Assembly (NCBI RefSeq): GCF_052170435.1
Contig: NZ_JBQNAN010000007.1
Coordinates: forward strand, 14,275-46,274
DNA length: 32,000 bases
From: Campylobacter sp.
GTDB taxonomy: Bacteria > Campylobacterota > Campylobacteria > Campylobacterales > Campylobacteraceae
Reading direction: 5' to 3'
Part shown: positions 1 to 10,096 of the stretch, in pieces
How the letters are laid out: each line of letters begins with the position of its first letter
Position numbering within the stretch: position 1 is the first letter of the stretch
Notes under the pieces: generated by a model
Database searches by the model: none
What the model was told of the DNA's origin: nothing
What the model saw: the letters and a program-made list of their open reading frames with translations, nothing else
Program-made: the position numbers and the translations under genes

Positions 1-1299
1 AGCGTGCCCTAACCCAGCATAAAGCGTTAAATTTTGCAGATATTTTTCGTATCTAAAAAAGCCTGAGAATAAATTTTCTTTCCTGCTCTTATGCGTTTTT
101 AGCAGTTTTCTCTCGCCCGCGTCCAGCCTAAGTCCGCCAAAAAGCCCGTAGTCGTTTTCAAGGACGTATTCGTTTTGAGTGTATATCGTTTTATACGTTA
201 CCTTGCGCTCTTTTACGTGCGGCTTTGATACGGCGGCATCCATTTCGGCTTTAGATACGCCGGCTCCGCCCGTTCCGGCACCCCGCCATTTAAAGGAGTC
301 TTGCGAATAACCGGCACCGATGAAGCTGGTTAGATTATCGAAATTTAACTCGCCTTCTAGCTTAAAGCCGTACATATCGCGTATCGGGTGACTGATGCTA
401 TATCCCTTGCCGCGCCCCGTGCCAGGCACCACCGGACGCATGGTGAAGTTGTCCATTATATGGTCGATTTGATGATAATACGAGCTTAGCCTGATCTTGT
501 GCTCGCCGACGTCTTGTTCAAATTTGAGCCCGAAAGATTTACGGTCAAACTGTATGCCGTCCCTCATCCTATCGGCATACGCCGCTTCGCCCTCGCCCAG
601 ATCCGCGCTTAACTGCAAGGCGGTAGTTTCCGTGGGCGTTAGCGTACCTACGAGCGAGACGCTGTTGCGTTTATAGTGCGTATGCATTTTCTGTCCGTCG
701 CCGCTTTTATAATCGCCGCTCTCGTAGTGTCCGCCGGAAACCTCTATGCTGCCCAGCTCGTTGCCCGCCGCTACGTCCGCGGTGGTTTCAAACCGCTTAA
801 AACTACCGCCCAGCACGCTTACGTTTCCTCCGAAGCTCGGTTTTGACAGCCTTTCTATCTCTCTATCGAAAAATATACCGCCGCTAATGAGCGCGCCGTA
901 TCTGACGTCTTGCGGACCTTTTACGATACGAACCGAACTATAATTTTGCGCCGAGATGTAGGTGATTGGCGTATCCATTCGCATGCCGCAGCCACCGTTT
1001 AGCGTGCTACCGTCGATCAGCACCGGTAGCCTAGCCGCCGTCTGCGAACGATAATAAACCTCGCTGCCGCCTCCGCCCTTACGCTCCATCGTAAAGCCGT
1101 TCAAATTTGAAAGAGATTTGGCGATATCGCTGTTTTCCAGTATCGCTCCCTTGCCGACTATTTGGGCGTTGGTCGGCTCGTCGAGGGCTGATTTTTGCAT
1201 TTTTGACGAGACGGTAACGGGACTCAAGCTTATCGCTTCCTCGGCGCTAAGCATCAAATTTGACGCCATGGCCAGCGCCAAAACGTAAGAAATTTTCAT
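1..1299 (-). CDS. TonB-dependent outer-membrane receptor, OprC/NosA-like (copper-receptor family). N-terminal 433 codons only; the C-terminus runs off the left edge.
   Basis: Absent from the ORF track because it is open to the window edge. Reverse-strand ATG at 1299-1297 follows AGGAG (GCAGGAGCTAAAATG). I translated 433 codons down to nt 1 with no stop. Signal peptide MKISYVLALAMASNLMLSAEE, TonB-box-like LSPVTVSS, and plug-domain motifs DGSTLNGGCGMRMDTP and VRIVKGPQDVRYGA. Confidence 0.8.
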   Translation of the reverse strand, partial: MKISYVLALAMASNLMLSAEEAISLSPVTVSSKMQKSALDEPTNAQIVGKGAILENSDIAKSLSNLNGFTMERKGGGGSEVYYRSQTAARLPVLIDGSTLNGGCGMRMDTPITYISAQNYSSVRIVKGPQDVRYGALISGGIFFDREIERLSKPSFGGNVSVLGGSFKRFETTADVAAGNELGSIEVSGGHYESGDYKSGDGQKMHTHYKRNSVSLVGTLTPTETTALQLSADLGEGEAAYADRMRDGIQFDRKSFGLKFEQDVGEHKIRLSSYYHQIDHIMDNFTMRPVVPGTGRGKGYSISHPIRDMYGFKLEGELNFDNLTSFIGAGYSQDSFKWRGAGTGGAGVSKAEMDAAVSKPHVKERKVTYKTIYTQNEYVLENDYGLFGGLRLDAGERKLLKTHKSRKENLFSGFFRYEKYLQNLTLYAGLGHA

Positions 1300-1482
1300 T
1301 TTAGCTCCTGCAAAATTAATATTTAATATTGAAATTAAAGCAAAAATCAACTTAAATAAAGTATGAATATTTATGTAATGTTAATTATTTTGTGTGAAAT
1401 TTAGCTCAAACTCTGATATTTCGGTCGCTTGCGTTAAGTGTGTAGAAAAGTAACTTTAACGGATTAGAATTATAAATTTAAG

Positions 1483-1526
1483 TAATCTCGGTTTCATCAA
1501 ATTTGAGTTTAACGAAACCGAGATTA
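1483..1526 (-). terminator. Hairpin immediately downstream of the recJ stop (13-bp stem, 18-nt loop)
   Basis: TAATCTCGGTTTC (1483-1495) pairs perfectly with GAAACCGAGATTA (1514-1526), 3 nt after the recJ stop. There is no clear U-tract, so it is not a canonical intrinsic terminator. Confidence 0.4.
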
Positions 1527-1529
1527 AAT

Positions 1530-3101
1530 TTACAAAATCTCTTTTACCAGTAGCTGCGGCGTGACGAGTCCTCGAAACGAGTTTTTCGATACCGAAAAAA
1601 CTAGGTCTATGCTCTCGCCCGCATGCGGCTCGCGAGTGAAGTTAAAAAACAGCGCTTCAAGGCACTTGCCGTCTTTTTGCAGGATTAGTTTTAGGTGATT
1701 TTGCTCCCTGCCGATTAGTTTTTTGTTTTTGACGACGGCGGATTTGATCTCAAAGAGCGGGCGCGGATTTTTCTGTCCGTAGGGCTCGAAATGCTCCAAA
1801 ATTTCAAGCAGCTCAAAGTCCACCTCGCCCGCCTCTATCTCACCCAAAGGCTCGTCAAACGCGCTAAATTCGTGCAAATCCATCAGCATACACGAGCTAT
1901 TTATCGCGTTTTTAAACGCTTCTAAATTTGCCGGATCTATCACGATGCCGGCAGCCCCCTTGTGTCCGCCGTAGCCCGCGAGTAAATTTTCGTGGCTAGC
2001 GATGAGCGAGAGGATGTCTAGCTTGCCCACGCTTCTAGCGCTGCCTTTGGCGCGGTTTTCGTCGATACTAAAGACGATGGCGGGCTTTTTAAACTGCTTT
2101 GCCAGACGCGATGCGACGATGCCGATGACGCCCTCGTGCCAGCCCCTGCCCCACGTCACGATGATATGCTCGTCCTCGCGCACGTCCTTTAGCGAGCACT
2201 CAAAAAGCGTGCGCTCCTCCTCCTTGCGCGAGTTGTTAAAGCTCACGATGGTGTCGAGGCACTCACAAGCTCGGTCTAAATTTTTGGCGCGCAAAAACTC
2301 AAAAGACACGCTCGCATCGTCCATACGGCCCGAGGAGTTGATGAGCGGCGCGATGAGAAAACTGATGTCGTCGCACTCAAATTTATCCTTGCCGTAAAGC
2401 TGTTTTATCGCCGTAAATGCGGGCCTGCGCGAGCTGTTTAGGCGGTTTACGCCAAGCTTAACCAGGATGCGGTTTAGGTCGCGAAGCTCCATCATATCGG
2501 CGATTATCGCGATGGCTAGGAGGTCGAGAAATTTACCCATATCGTAGTTGATACGGCACACGTCTTTTAGCGCGCCCACTAGATACCACGCGACCTGAGC
2601 GCCGCAAATTTCGACGTTTGGAAAGTGACAATCCTTTTGCTTCGGGTTTATGATCGCATAGGCCTCGGGCAGGACGTCTGGAGGCATGTGGTGATCGGTG
2701 ATGATGAGATCGATGCCTTTTTGTTTGCAAATTTGAGCCGCATCGTTTGCCGAGATGCCGTTATCTACGGTCACGATGAGCCCTGCGTCTGCTATCTCCT
2801 CGACGATTTGCGGATTTAGCCCATATCCGTCGCTAAAGCGATTTGGGATACGCACGAAATACTCGCTAACGCCCAAATCGTCGAAAAACTCGGCCATTAT
2901 GACGCTAGCGATCACGCCGTCCACGTCGTAGTCGCCGACTATGACGATCTTTTCGTTTTGCTCGATCGCGCGCTTTATGCGCTCGGCACCCTTAAATACA
3001 TCCTTTAACGCATCAGGCGTAGGAATTTCTGAAAGTTTTTTGTGGATATCCTTTTCAAATCTTTGGCTCAGTAATTCCTTTATCTTTTCCTTATTTAACA
3101 T
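1530..3101 (-). CDS. recJ: Single-stranded-DNA-specific exonuclease RecJ
   Basis: DHH-family motifs VGDYDVDG, TVDNGISA and ITDHHMP, plus the DHHA1 motif GGHKGAAG. The track ORF extends to 3155 (MARRRNL...). I prefer the ATG at 3101 (MLNKEKIKELL) because the extension overlaps a well-initiated small ORF in another frame, and that ORF's stop overlaps this ATG. Confidence 0.88.
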   Translation of the reverse strand: MLNKEKIKELLSQRFEKDIHKKLSEIPTPDALKDVFKGAERIKRAIEQNEKIVIVGDYDVDGVIASVIMAEFFDDLGVSEYFVRIPNRFSDGYGLNPQIVEEIADAGLIVTVDNGISANDAAQICKQKGIDLIITDHHMPPDVLPEAYAIINPKQKDCHFPNVEICGAQVAWYLVGALKDVCRINYDMGKFLDLLAIAIIADMMELRDLNRILVKLGVNRLNSSRRPAFTAIKQLYGKDKFECDDISFLIAPLINSSGRMDDASVSFEFLRAKNLDRACECLDTIVSFNNSRKEEERTLFECSLKDVREDEHIIVTWGRGWHEGVIGIVASRLAKQFKKPAIVFSIDENRAKGSARSVGKLDILSLIASHENLLAGYGGHKGAAGIVIDPANLEAFKNAINSSCMLMDLHEFSAFDEPLGEIEAGEVDFELLEILEHFEPYGQKNPRPLFEIKSAVVKNKKLIGREQNHLKLILQKDGKCLEALFFNFTREPHAGESIDLVFSVSKNSFRGLVTPQLLVKEIL

Positions 3102-3243
3102 CGTTTTGACGGGCTTTTGCGTAAGCCTCGCCGTCAAATTTCGCCGCCTTGCCACCGTTTTTGCCTAAATTTTCGCTCGCCTCTGGAGTTAAATTTACCC
3201 CCGCCGCGCCGCAAAAAAGGCTAAATTTTGGTTCAAATTTCAT
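3091..3243 (-). CDS. Candidate 50-aa small protein upstream of and translationally coupled to recJ (below the ORF-track size cutoff)
   Basis: ATG at 3243-3241 follows GAAGGAAAAAG. Product is MKFEPKFSLFCGAAGVNLTPEASENLGKNGGKAAKFDGEAYAKARQNDVK. Its TAA lies within ATGTTAAATAA, which contains the recJ ATG. A TATAAT (reverse strand, 3282-3277) lies about 34 nt upstream. I recognise no homology. Confidence 0.3.
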   Translation of the reverse strand: MKFEPKFSLFCGAAGVNLTPEASENLGKNGGKAAKFDGEAYAKARQNDVK

Positions 3244-3434
3244 CTTTTTCCTTCTTTTTTATTTTCTAATGCGCAAATTATAGCTTTTTGAAATTTAATT
3301 TCTTATAATTGTAAATAAAGCGGCGAATTTACGGGTCTAATGCGGGTTTAAGAGCTCTGCAGAATTGATACTCTTTACAAATTTAACGTTTTAAAATAAT
3401 AAACGCGGCGTAAATTTTTAAATTTAAAGGAAAG

Positions 3435-3462
3435 AAATTTAGAGCCGAGCGGCTCTAAATTT
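3435..3462 (-). terminator. Intrinsic-terminator-like hairpin after pyrG
   Basis: AAATTTAGAGCC-GAGC-GGCTCTAAATTT is a perfect 12-bp stem with a 4-nt loop, starting 3 nt after the pyrG stop (3465). A T-rich run follows on the minus strand. Confidence 0.7.
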
Positions 3463-3464
3463 GA

Positions 3465-5147
<1,683 letters not shown>

Positions 5148-5261
5148 TTAGCGAGATTATACCTTATTTAAAATTTATAAACGCTTGTGAACATAAATAA
5201 TTTTACAAGTCTAAAACTTTAAAATGATATTTTAAGTTAAATTTCTGTAGTATGTTAAGTT

Positions 5262-5477
5262 ATGATTAAAAAATATATTAAAAACATCTCGTCTTTATAT
5301 GTCGACGGCTTTAGGAACATGAAGCTCGGAAAGAGCCTGTGGCTGGTGATAGCCATCAAGCTGCTTATCATGTTCGGGATTTTAAAAGTATTTATCTTTG
5401 ATGAAAGTTTAAATTCAAAATTTGAGAGCGACGAGGCTAAAGCGAACTTCGTCATTTCAAATTTGATAAAGGAATAA
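5262..5477 (+). CDS. Small membrane protein upstream of cydA (DUF4492-like, from memory)
   Basis: 71 aa with one hydrophobic helix (LWLVIAIKLLIMFGILKVFIF). Its stop is 1 nt before the cydA ATG. I recall small proteins of this type preceding cydA in Bacteroidetes and Campylobacter; this is not verified. Confidence 0.6.
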   Translation: MIKKYIKNISSLYVDGFRNMKLGKSLWLVIAIKLLIMFGILKVFIFDESLNSKFESDEAKANFVISNLIKE

Positions 5478-5478
5478 A

Positions 5479-7008
5479 ATGTCTGAAATCGCTTCGGTCG
5501 ATTGGTCGCGCGCGCAGTTTGCGCTCACCGCGATTTACCACTTTTTGTTTGTTCCGCTCACGCTGGGACTTAGTTTTATTATCGCCATTATGGAGAGCAT
5601 TTACGTCAAAACCGGCAGCGACCAGTGGCTAAAAATCACTAAATTTTGGCTAAAACTCTTCGGTATAAATTTTGCCATCGGCGTAGCTACGGGCATCATA
5701 ATGGAATTTGAGTTCGGCACCAACTGGGCGAACTACAGCTGGTTTGTCGGCGACATCTTCGGCGCGCCGCTAGCTATCGAGGGCTTGCTCGCATTCTTTA
5801 TGGAGGCGACGTTTTTTGCCGTTATGTTTTTTGGCTGGGATAAGGTTAGCAAGAAATTTCACCTCATCTCGACCTGGCTCGTGGCTATCGGTTCAAATTT
5901 GAGCGCGCTTTGGATCCTCATCGCAAACGGCTGGATGCAGTATCCGATAGGTATGAAATTTAACCCCGCAACCGCCAGAATGGAAATGGAAAATTTCTTT
6001 GAAGTAGCGCTTAGCCCGGTAGGTATCATCAAATTTTTACACACCGTAACTAGCGGCTACGTCGCTAGCGCGCTTTTCGTGATAGGAATTTCGGCGTGGT
6101 TTATCCTAAAAGGACGCCACCTAATCATGGCTAAAAAATCCATCATCGTAGCGGGAAGCTTTGGCCTCGTTACGTCGCTATTTTTGATGTTTAGCGGCGA
6201 CGAGAGCGCATATCAGGTCGCACGCACTCAGCCGATGAAACTAGCTGCGATGGAAGGCCTTTATAAAGGCGAAACAAACGCCGGCCTAGTCGCGATGGGC
6301 GTGCTAGATCCGTCTAAAAAAGTAGGCGACGACAAAGATCCGTTTTTATTCGAGATAAAATTTCCTTACGCGCTCGGAGTTATGGCTACGAGAGGGTTTA
6401 ATAACTTTACGCCCGGTATCGACGACCTAGTGAACGGCAATGAAACTCACGGTATAGAAGGCGTCGCAAGCAAGATGGCCAAAGGCTCGTTAGCCGTTAG
6501 CGCGCTAACAACCTATAACGCCGCTAAAAAATCAGGCGATAAAGCCGCGATGGAGCAAGCCGAGCAAACTCTAGCTCAAAATATGAAATTTCTAGGCTAC
6601 GGCTATCTTGAAAAGCCTGCCGACGCCGTGCCGCCCGTTGGCCTAACGTTTTATAGCTTCCACGTGATGGTTGCGCTTGGCACCTACTTTTTAGCGCTAT
6701 TTTTCGTCGTACTTTATCTTTGCATGGCGAACAATATCGAAAATTTCAAAAAGTTGCTCTGGCTTTGCGTATTTACGATACCGCTTGGCTACGTAGCTAT
6801 CGAGGCGGGCTGGATAGTAGCCGAGGTCGGTCGTCAGCCTTGGGTCGTGCAAGATCTCATGACCGTAGGCGTGGGAGCGACGAATTTATCTAGCACAAAC
6901 GTCAAAATTTCGTTTATATTATTTGCGGTTCTTTTCACGGCTCTGCTCATAGCCGAGATAAAAATCATGCTAAAACAAATAAAAATAGGATTTGAAAACC
7001 ATGCTTAG
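5479..7008 (+). CDS. cydA: Cytochrome bd-type quinol oxidase subunit I (CydA/CioA)
   Basis: 509 aa polytopic membrane protein. N-terminus WSRAQFALTAIYHFLFVPLTLG and the conserved GWIVAEVGRQPW motif. RBS AAAGGA precedes the ATG. Confidence 0.92.
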   Translation: MSEIASVDWSRAQFALTAIYHFLFVPLTLGLSFIIAIMESIYVKTGSDQWLKITKFWLKLFGINFAIGVATGIIMEFEFGTNWANYSWFVGDIFGAPLAIEGLLAFFMEATFFAVMFFGWDKVSKKFHLISTWLVAIGSNLSALWILIANGWMQYPIGMKFNPATARMEMENFFEVALSPVGIIKFLHTVTSGYVASALFVIGISAWFILKGRHLIMAKKSIIVAGSFGLVTSLFLMFSGDESAYQVARTQPMKLAAMEGLYKGETNAGLVAMGVLDPSKKVGDDKDPFLFEIKFPYALGVMATRGFNNFTPGIDDLVNGNETHGIEGVASKMAKGSLAVSALTTYNAAKKSGDKAAMEQAEQTLAQNMKFLGYGYLEKPADAVPPVGLTFYSFHVMVALGTYFLALFFVVLYLCMANNIENFKKLLWLCVFTIPLGYVAIEAGWIVAEVGRQPWVVQDLMTVGVGATNLSSTNVKISFILFAVLFTALLIAEIKIMLKQIKIGFENHA

Positions 7009-8119
7009 TTTAGAATTTTTACAAATTTACTGGTGGTGCGTAGTTAGCTTGCTAGGCGGTTTGCTAGTGTTTATGATGTTCGTTCAGGGCGGGCAGACGC
7101 TACTTTTTGGGCTTTGCAAAAACGAGCTTCAAAAGGACATGGTGATAAATTCTATCGGGCGCAAATGGGAGCTTACTTTTACCACGCTCGTAATGTTCGG
7201 CGGCGCGTGCTTTGCGGCATTTCCGCTATTTTACGCGACAAGCTTCGGCGGCGCGTACTGGGTGTGGTTGGCGATTTTGTTTTGCTTTATCCTCCAAGCC
7301 GTGAGCTACGAATACCGCAAAAAACCGGACAACTTTCTAGGTCAAAAAACCTATGAAATTTTCCTTTTCATCAACGGCTCTTTAGGCGTTATACTGATCG
7401 GTATGGCGGTTAGCACGTTTTTTTCGGGTAGCGACTTTTTACTAAACGAGCACAACTTCGTACAGTGGCAAACGCCGTTTCGCGGACTTGAAGCGCTGGG
7501 CAACATCATGCTCTATCCGCTAGGCATCGCGATGTTTTTCCTAGCTCGCGTGGGCGGAGCGCTCTACCTCATCAACAACATCGACGATGCGGAGATAAGA
7601 GCCAACGCTAGAAAAGCGGCGCTAAAAAATACGATTTTCTTTTTGCCGTTCTTTTTGATCTTCATCGCTTGGATATTTACCAAAGCCGGTTTTGCCTACG
7701 ACGAGAGCGGCGTAGTGAGCCTAGTTGGCTTTAAATACGCTCTAAATTTACTCCAGATGCCGCTTGTGGCCGCGATGATAGTTATAGGCGTCGGACTCGT
7801 GCTTTTTGGTATATTTAAGGGTGCGTTTACGACTAGTATCTACGGCGTAGTGCCTTACGGCGCGGGCGTAGTGCTAACGGTTACGGGGCTATTTTTGATA
7901 GCCGGACTTGCTGACACGGCGTTTTATCCGTCGTTTTCAAATTTACAAAGCTCGCTCACGATCAAAAACGCAAGCTCCAGCCACTACACGCTAAACGTCA
8001 TGGCCTACGTGAGCCTGCTAGTGCCGTTTGTTTTAGGTTATATTTTCGTCGTTTGGCGCGCGATGGATAGCAAAAAGATCACGGCCGACGAGATCAAGCA
8101 CGATCATCACGCATATTAA
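7001..8119 (+). CDS. cydB: Cytochrome bd-type quinol oxidase subunit II (CydB/CioB)
   Basis: Polytopic membrane protein immediately after cydA. The N-terminus MLSLEFLQIYWW resembles the CydB start. I prefer the ATG at 7001 (AGGA 10 nt upstream, 8-nt overlap with cydA) over the track's TTG at 6992. Confidence 0.85.
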   Translation: MLSLEFLQIYWWCVVSLLGGLLVFMMFVQGGQTLLFGLCKNELQKDMVINSIGRKWELTFTTLVMFGGACFAAFPLFYATSFGGAYWVWLAILFCFILQAVSYEYRKKPDNFLGQKTYEIFLFINGSLGVILIGMAVSTFFSGSDFLLNEHNFVQWQTPFRGLEALGNIMLYPLGIAMFFLARVGGALYLINNIDDAEIRANARKAALKNTIFFLPFFLIFIAWIFTKAGFAYDESGVVSLVGFKYALNLLQMPLVAAMIVIGVGLVLFGIFKGAFTTSIYGVVPYGAGVVLTVTGLFLIAGLADTAFYPSFSNLQSSLTIKNASSSHYTLNVMAYVSLLVPFVLGYIFVVWRAMDSKKITADEIKHDHHAY

Positions 8120-8127
8120 GGATAAAA

Positions 8128-8256
8128 ATGATAGAAGCGATAGTTTTTCTTTTTCTTTGGGTTTTGGCGCTTTTTGGCGGATATAAATTCGTCCATTTTA
8201 ACATCAAGCACGTCGAGAAAAACGACGACAAATACTTTGGAAATTTGCGCGAATAA
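8128..8256 (+). CDS. Candidate 42-aa single-pass membrane peptide downstream of cydB (CydX/CydS-like position)
   Basis: AAGGA (8118-8122) sits 5 nt before the ATG at 8128. Product is MIEAIVFLFLWVLALFGGYKFVHFNIKHVEKNDDKYFGNLRE: a hydrophobic N-terminal helix with a charged tail, as in bd-oxidase small subunits. Below the ORF-track cutoff. Confidence 0.45.
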   Translation: MIEAIVFLFLWVLALFGGYKFVHFNIKHVEKNDDKYFGNLRE

Positions 8257-8272
8257 GCGCTGATCCGCAAAT

Positions 8273-8335
8273 CTCGTTCTACTTAAATTTTAGCTTTTGT
8301 CGCTATAATGAAGCTAAAATTTTAAGGAGAACGAG
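8273..8335 (+). terminator. Long nested hairpin between the cyd operon and the adh gene; it contains a TATAAT in its loop and the adh Shine-Dalgarno in its 3' arm
   Basis: Outer arms CTCGTTCT (8273-8280) and AGAACGAG (8328-8335). Inner arms TTAAATTTTAGCTT (8283-8296) and AAGCTAAAATTTTAA (8311-8325), with a one-base bulge. Loop contains TATAAT (8304-8309). Confidence 0.4.
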
Positions 8336-9481
8336 ATGTTTGACTTCACTTTTCACAATCCCACAAAAATACGATTCGGCAGAGGTAAAGAGCGAAATAT
8401 CGGGCTTTATATGTGCGAATTTGACGCTAAAAGAACCCTACTGATCTACGGCAGCGATCGCATCAAAAAAGACGGACTCTTTGACGCAGTAGTAGCAAGC
8501 CTAAAAGAAAACGGCATAGAGTTTATAGAGCTTGGCGGCGTAGTTAGCAACCCCGTGCTAAGCAAAGTTTACGAAGGAATCGAACTAGCTAGGAAATTTA
8601 ACGCCGATAGCGTGCTAAGCGTAGGCGGAGGCTCCTGTCTAGATAGCGCCAAAGCCATCGCTGCGGGCGCGCTATACGAAGGCGACGTGTGGGACTTTTT
8701 CACGGGCAAGGATCCAAGCCGCGCGCTAAAAATCTTTGACATTATAACCCTTGCGGCGACGGGCAGCGAGATGAACTCGGGCGCGGTCGTGACAAACGAA
8801 GCAACGAAGCAAAAATTCTCCATCCACGGCGACGTGCTATATCCGCTAGTCTCAGTGATAAATCCGCAGCTACAAGCCAGCGTGAGCCGCGAGTATCTGG
8901 CCTACTCCGCCGCCGACGTCATCGCGCACAGCATAGAGGGGTACTTCACAGCAAGCGTGCAGCCTAGCATCATCAACCTCTACGTCGAAGCCAATATCAA
9001 AACCGTGATGAAAACGACCGAAATTTTACTAGCTGACCCTGACAACTACGACGCCAGAGCCGAGTTTGCCTGGGCGGCGACGATGGCGCTAAACGGCCTA
9101 ACCTACGTCGGCACGCACGGCTACTCCTACCCAAACCACATGCTAGAGCACGCCATGAGCGCTGTCGTAAACTGCGCGCACGGAGCGGGTCTAGCGGTCA
9201 TAATGCCAGCGTGGATGAAGTGGTATAGGAGCCGAAATTTGGGCGCATTCGAGCGTTTTGCGCGGGAAATTTTCGGCGTAAACTCAGCTGACGAAGGTAT
9301 CGCCGCCTTTAAAGCGTGGCTTAGCAAAATCGGCGCCCCGGTTAGCCTAAAAGCCATCGGCATAGAGGGCGAGACGCTAGATGAGGCCATAAATTTAGCC
9401 CACGACTACGCGGCAAACTGGCGCAAAGATAAGCTCTATACGAAAGAAAATATCAAAGAGATTTTTGAGCTGGCGAAGTAA
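8336..9481 (+). CDS. Iron-containing (group III) alcohol dehydrogenase, YqhD/butanol-dehydrogenase-like
   Basis: 381 aa. Fe-ADH GGGS motif (SVGGGSCLDSAKAI) and metal-binding His clusters (DVIAHSIEGY, HMLEHAMS). RBS AAGGAG. Confidence 0.85.
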   Translation: MFDFTFHNPTKIRFGRGKERNIGLYMCEFDAKRTLLIYGSDRIKKDGLFDAVVASLKENGIEFIELGGVVSNPVLSKVYEGIELARKFNADSVLSVGGGSCLDSAKAIAAGALYEGDVWDFFTGKDPSRALKIFDIITLAATGSEMNSGAVVTNEATKQKFSIHGDVLYPLVSVINPQLQASVSREYLAYSAADVIAHSIEGYFTASVQPSIINLYVEANIKTVMKTTEILLADPDNYDARAEFAWAATMALNGLTYVGTHGYSYPNHMLEHAMSAVVNCAHGAGLAVIMPAWMKWYRSRNLGAFERFAREIFGVNSADEGIAAFKAWLSKIGAPVSLKAIGIEGETLDEAINLAHDYAANWRKDKLYTKENIKEIFELAK

Positions 9482-9852
9482 ATTTGCGGCTAAATTTAGC
9501 GCTAGCAAGATAATAAAATTTAAGGCTTATGCACCGATTTAAATTTAACCGCCGCGAGATAAATTGGGAAATTTGAGGTTTCAAATTTTGCGCTTTAAAT
9601 TTGCTCCGAGTTTTTCCGGGTTGCAAATTCAAACGTAAAAATACGAAATACGTGCGCGGCGGGTAAATTTTCGGTATGACGAAAACGGCAACGCAAAACG
9701 CCGCACGAATAGCAAATTTAACCGCGTAAGATAAGCAAAAAGCGGCCGCGGCCGGGTAAGCAAAATTTGCTTTGTAAGCGGCAAACTTACCCGCCCGCCG
9801 TAGCAAAATAGAGCAGGGCGCGTCAAAATCCTGCGCCGCGCCGAAATTTAAA

Positions 9853-10095
9853 CTAAGGCTTTTTGATGATAAATCTAAGCGTCGGGCCGTCTTGCTCGAT
9901 TTTAAGCACCTCAAAGCCCCTATTTCTCGCGTCGTAAGGGATCGAGTTTATCGCCTGAGGGCAGTCGCAAAGTACTTCTAGCACCTCGCCGCTTTTCATT
10001 TTCGGCAGGATTTCTAGCGTCGCGACGGCTGGCATCGGGCAAGCCTCGCCTAAGATATCGAGCGTATAGCTTATTTCAAAATCGTCTTCATGCAT
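9853..10095 (-). CDS. yedF: TusA/SirA-fold sulfurtransferase-like selenium-metabolism protein (YedF/FdhU-like)
   Basis: 80 aa with the TusA-family active-site motif GEACPMP. It starts 1 nt after the stop of the upstream YedE-like gene, giving the YedE/YedF = FdhT/FdhU pairing known from E. coli and C. jejuni. Confidence 0.8.
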   Translation of the reverse strand: MHEDDFEISYTLDILGEACPMPAVATLEILPKMKSGEVLEVLCDCPQAINSIPYDARNRGFEVLKIEQDGPTLRFIIKKP

Positions 10096-10096
10096 C

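Noticed and set aside
3102-3155. The longer recJ start at 3155 (MARRRNLTARLTQKPVKT...) given by the ORF track.
   Set aside because: The 18 extra residues are Arg-rich and unlike RecJ N-termini. They overlap the better-initiated small ORF in another frame, and there is no RBS. I prefer the ATG at 3101, without certainty.
6992-7000. The TTG at 6992 as the cydB start.
   Set aside because: The AGGA at 6987-6990 is only 1 nt from this TTG but 10 nt from the ATG at 7001. In addition, MLSLEFLQIYWW matches the usual CydB N-terminus.
9453-9914. 153-aa minus-strand ORF (and 9629-9826) filling the adh-yedF spacer.
   Set aside because: It overlaps the 3' ends of both flanking genes. Its Arg/Leu/Phe-rich composition is junk-like, and it has no RBS. 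I treat the region as non-coding (see the finding on the spacer).
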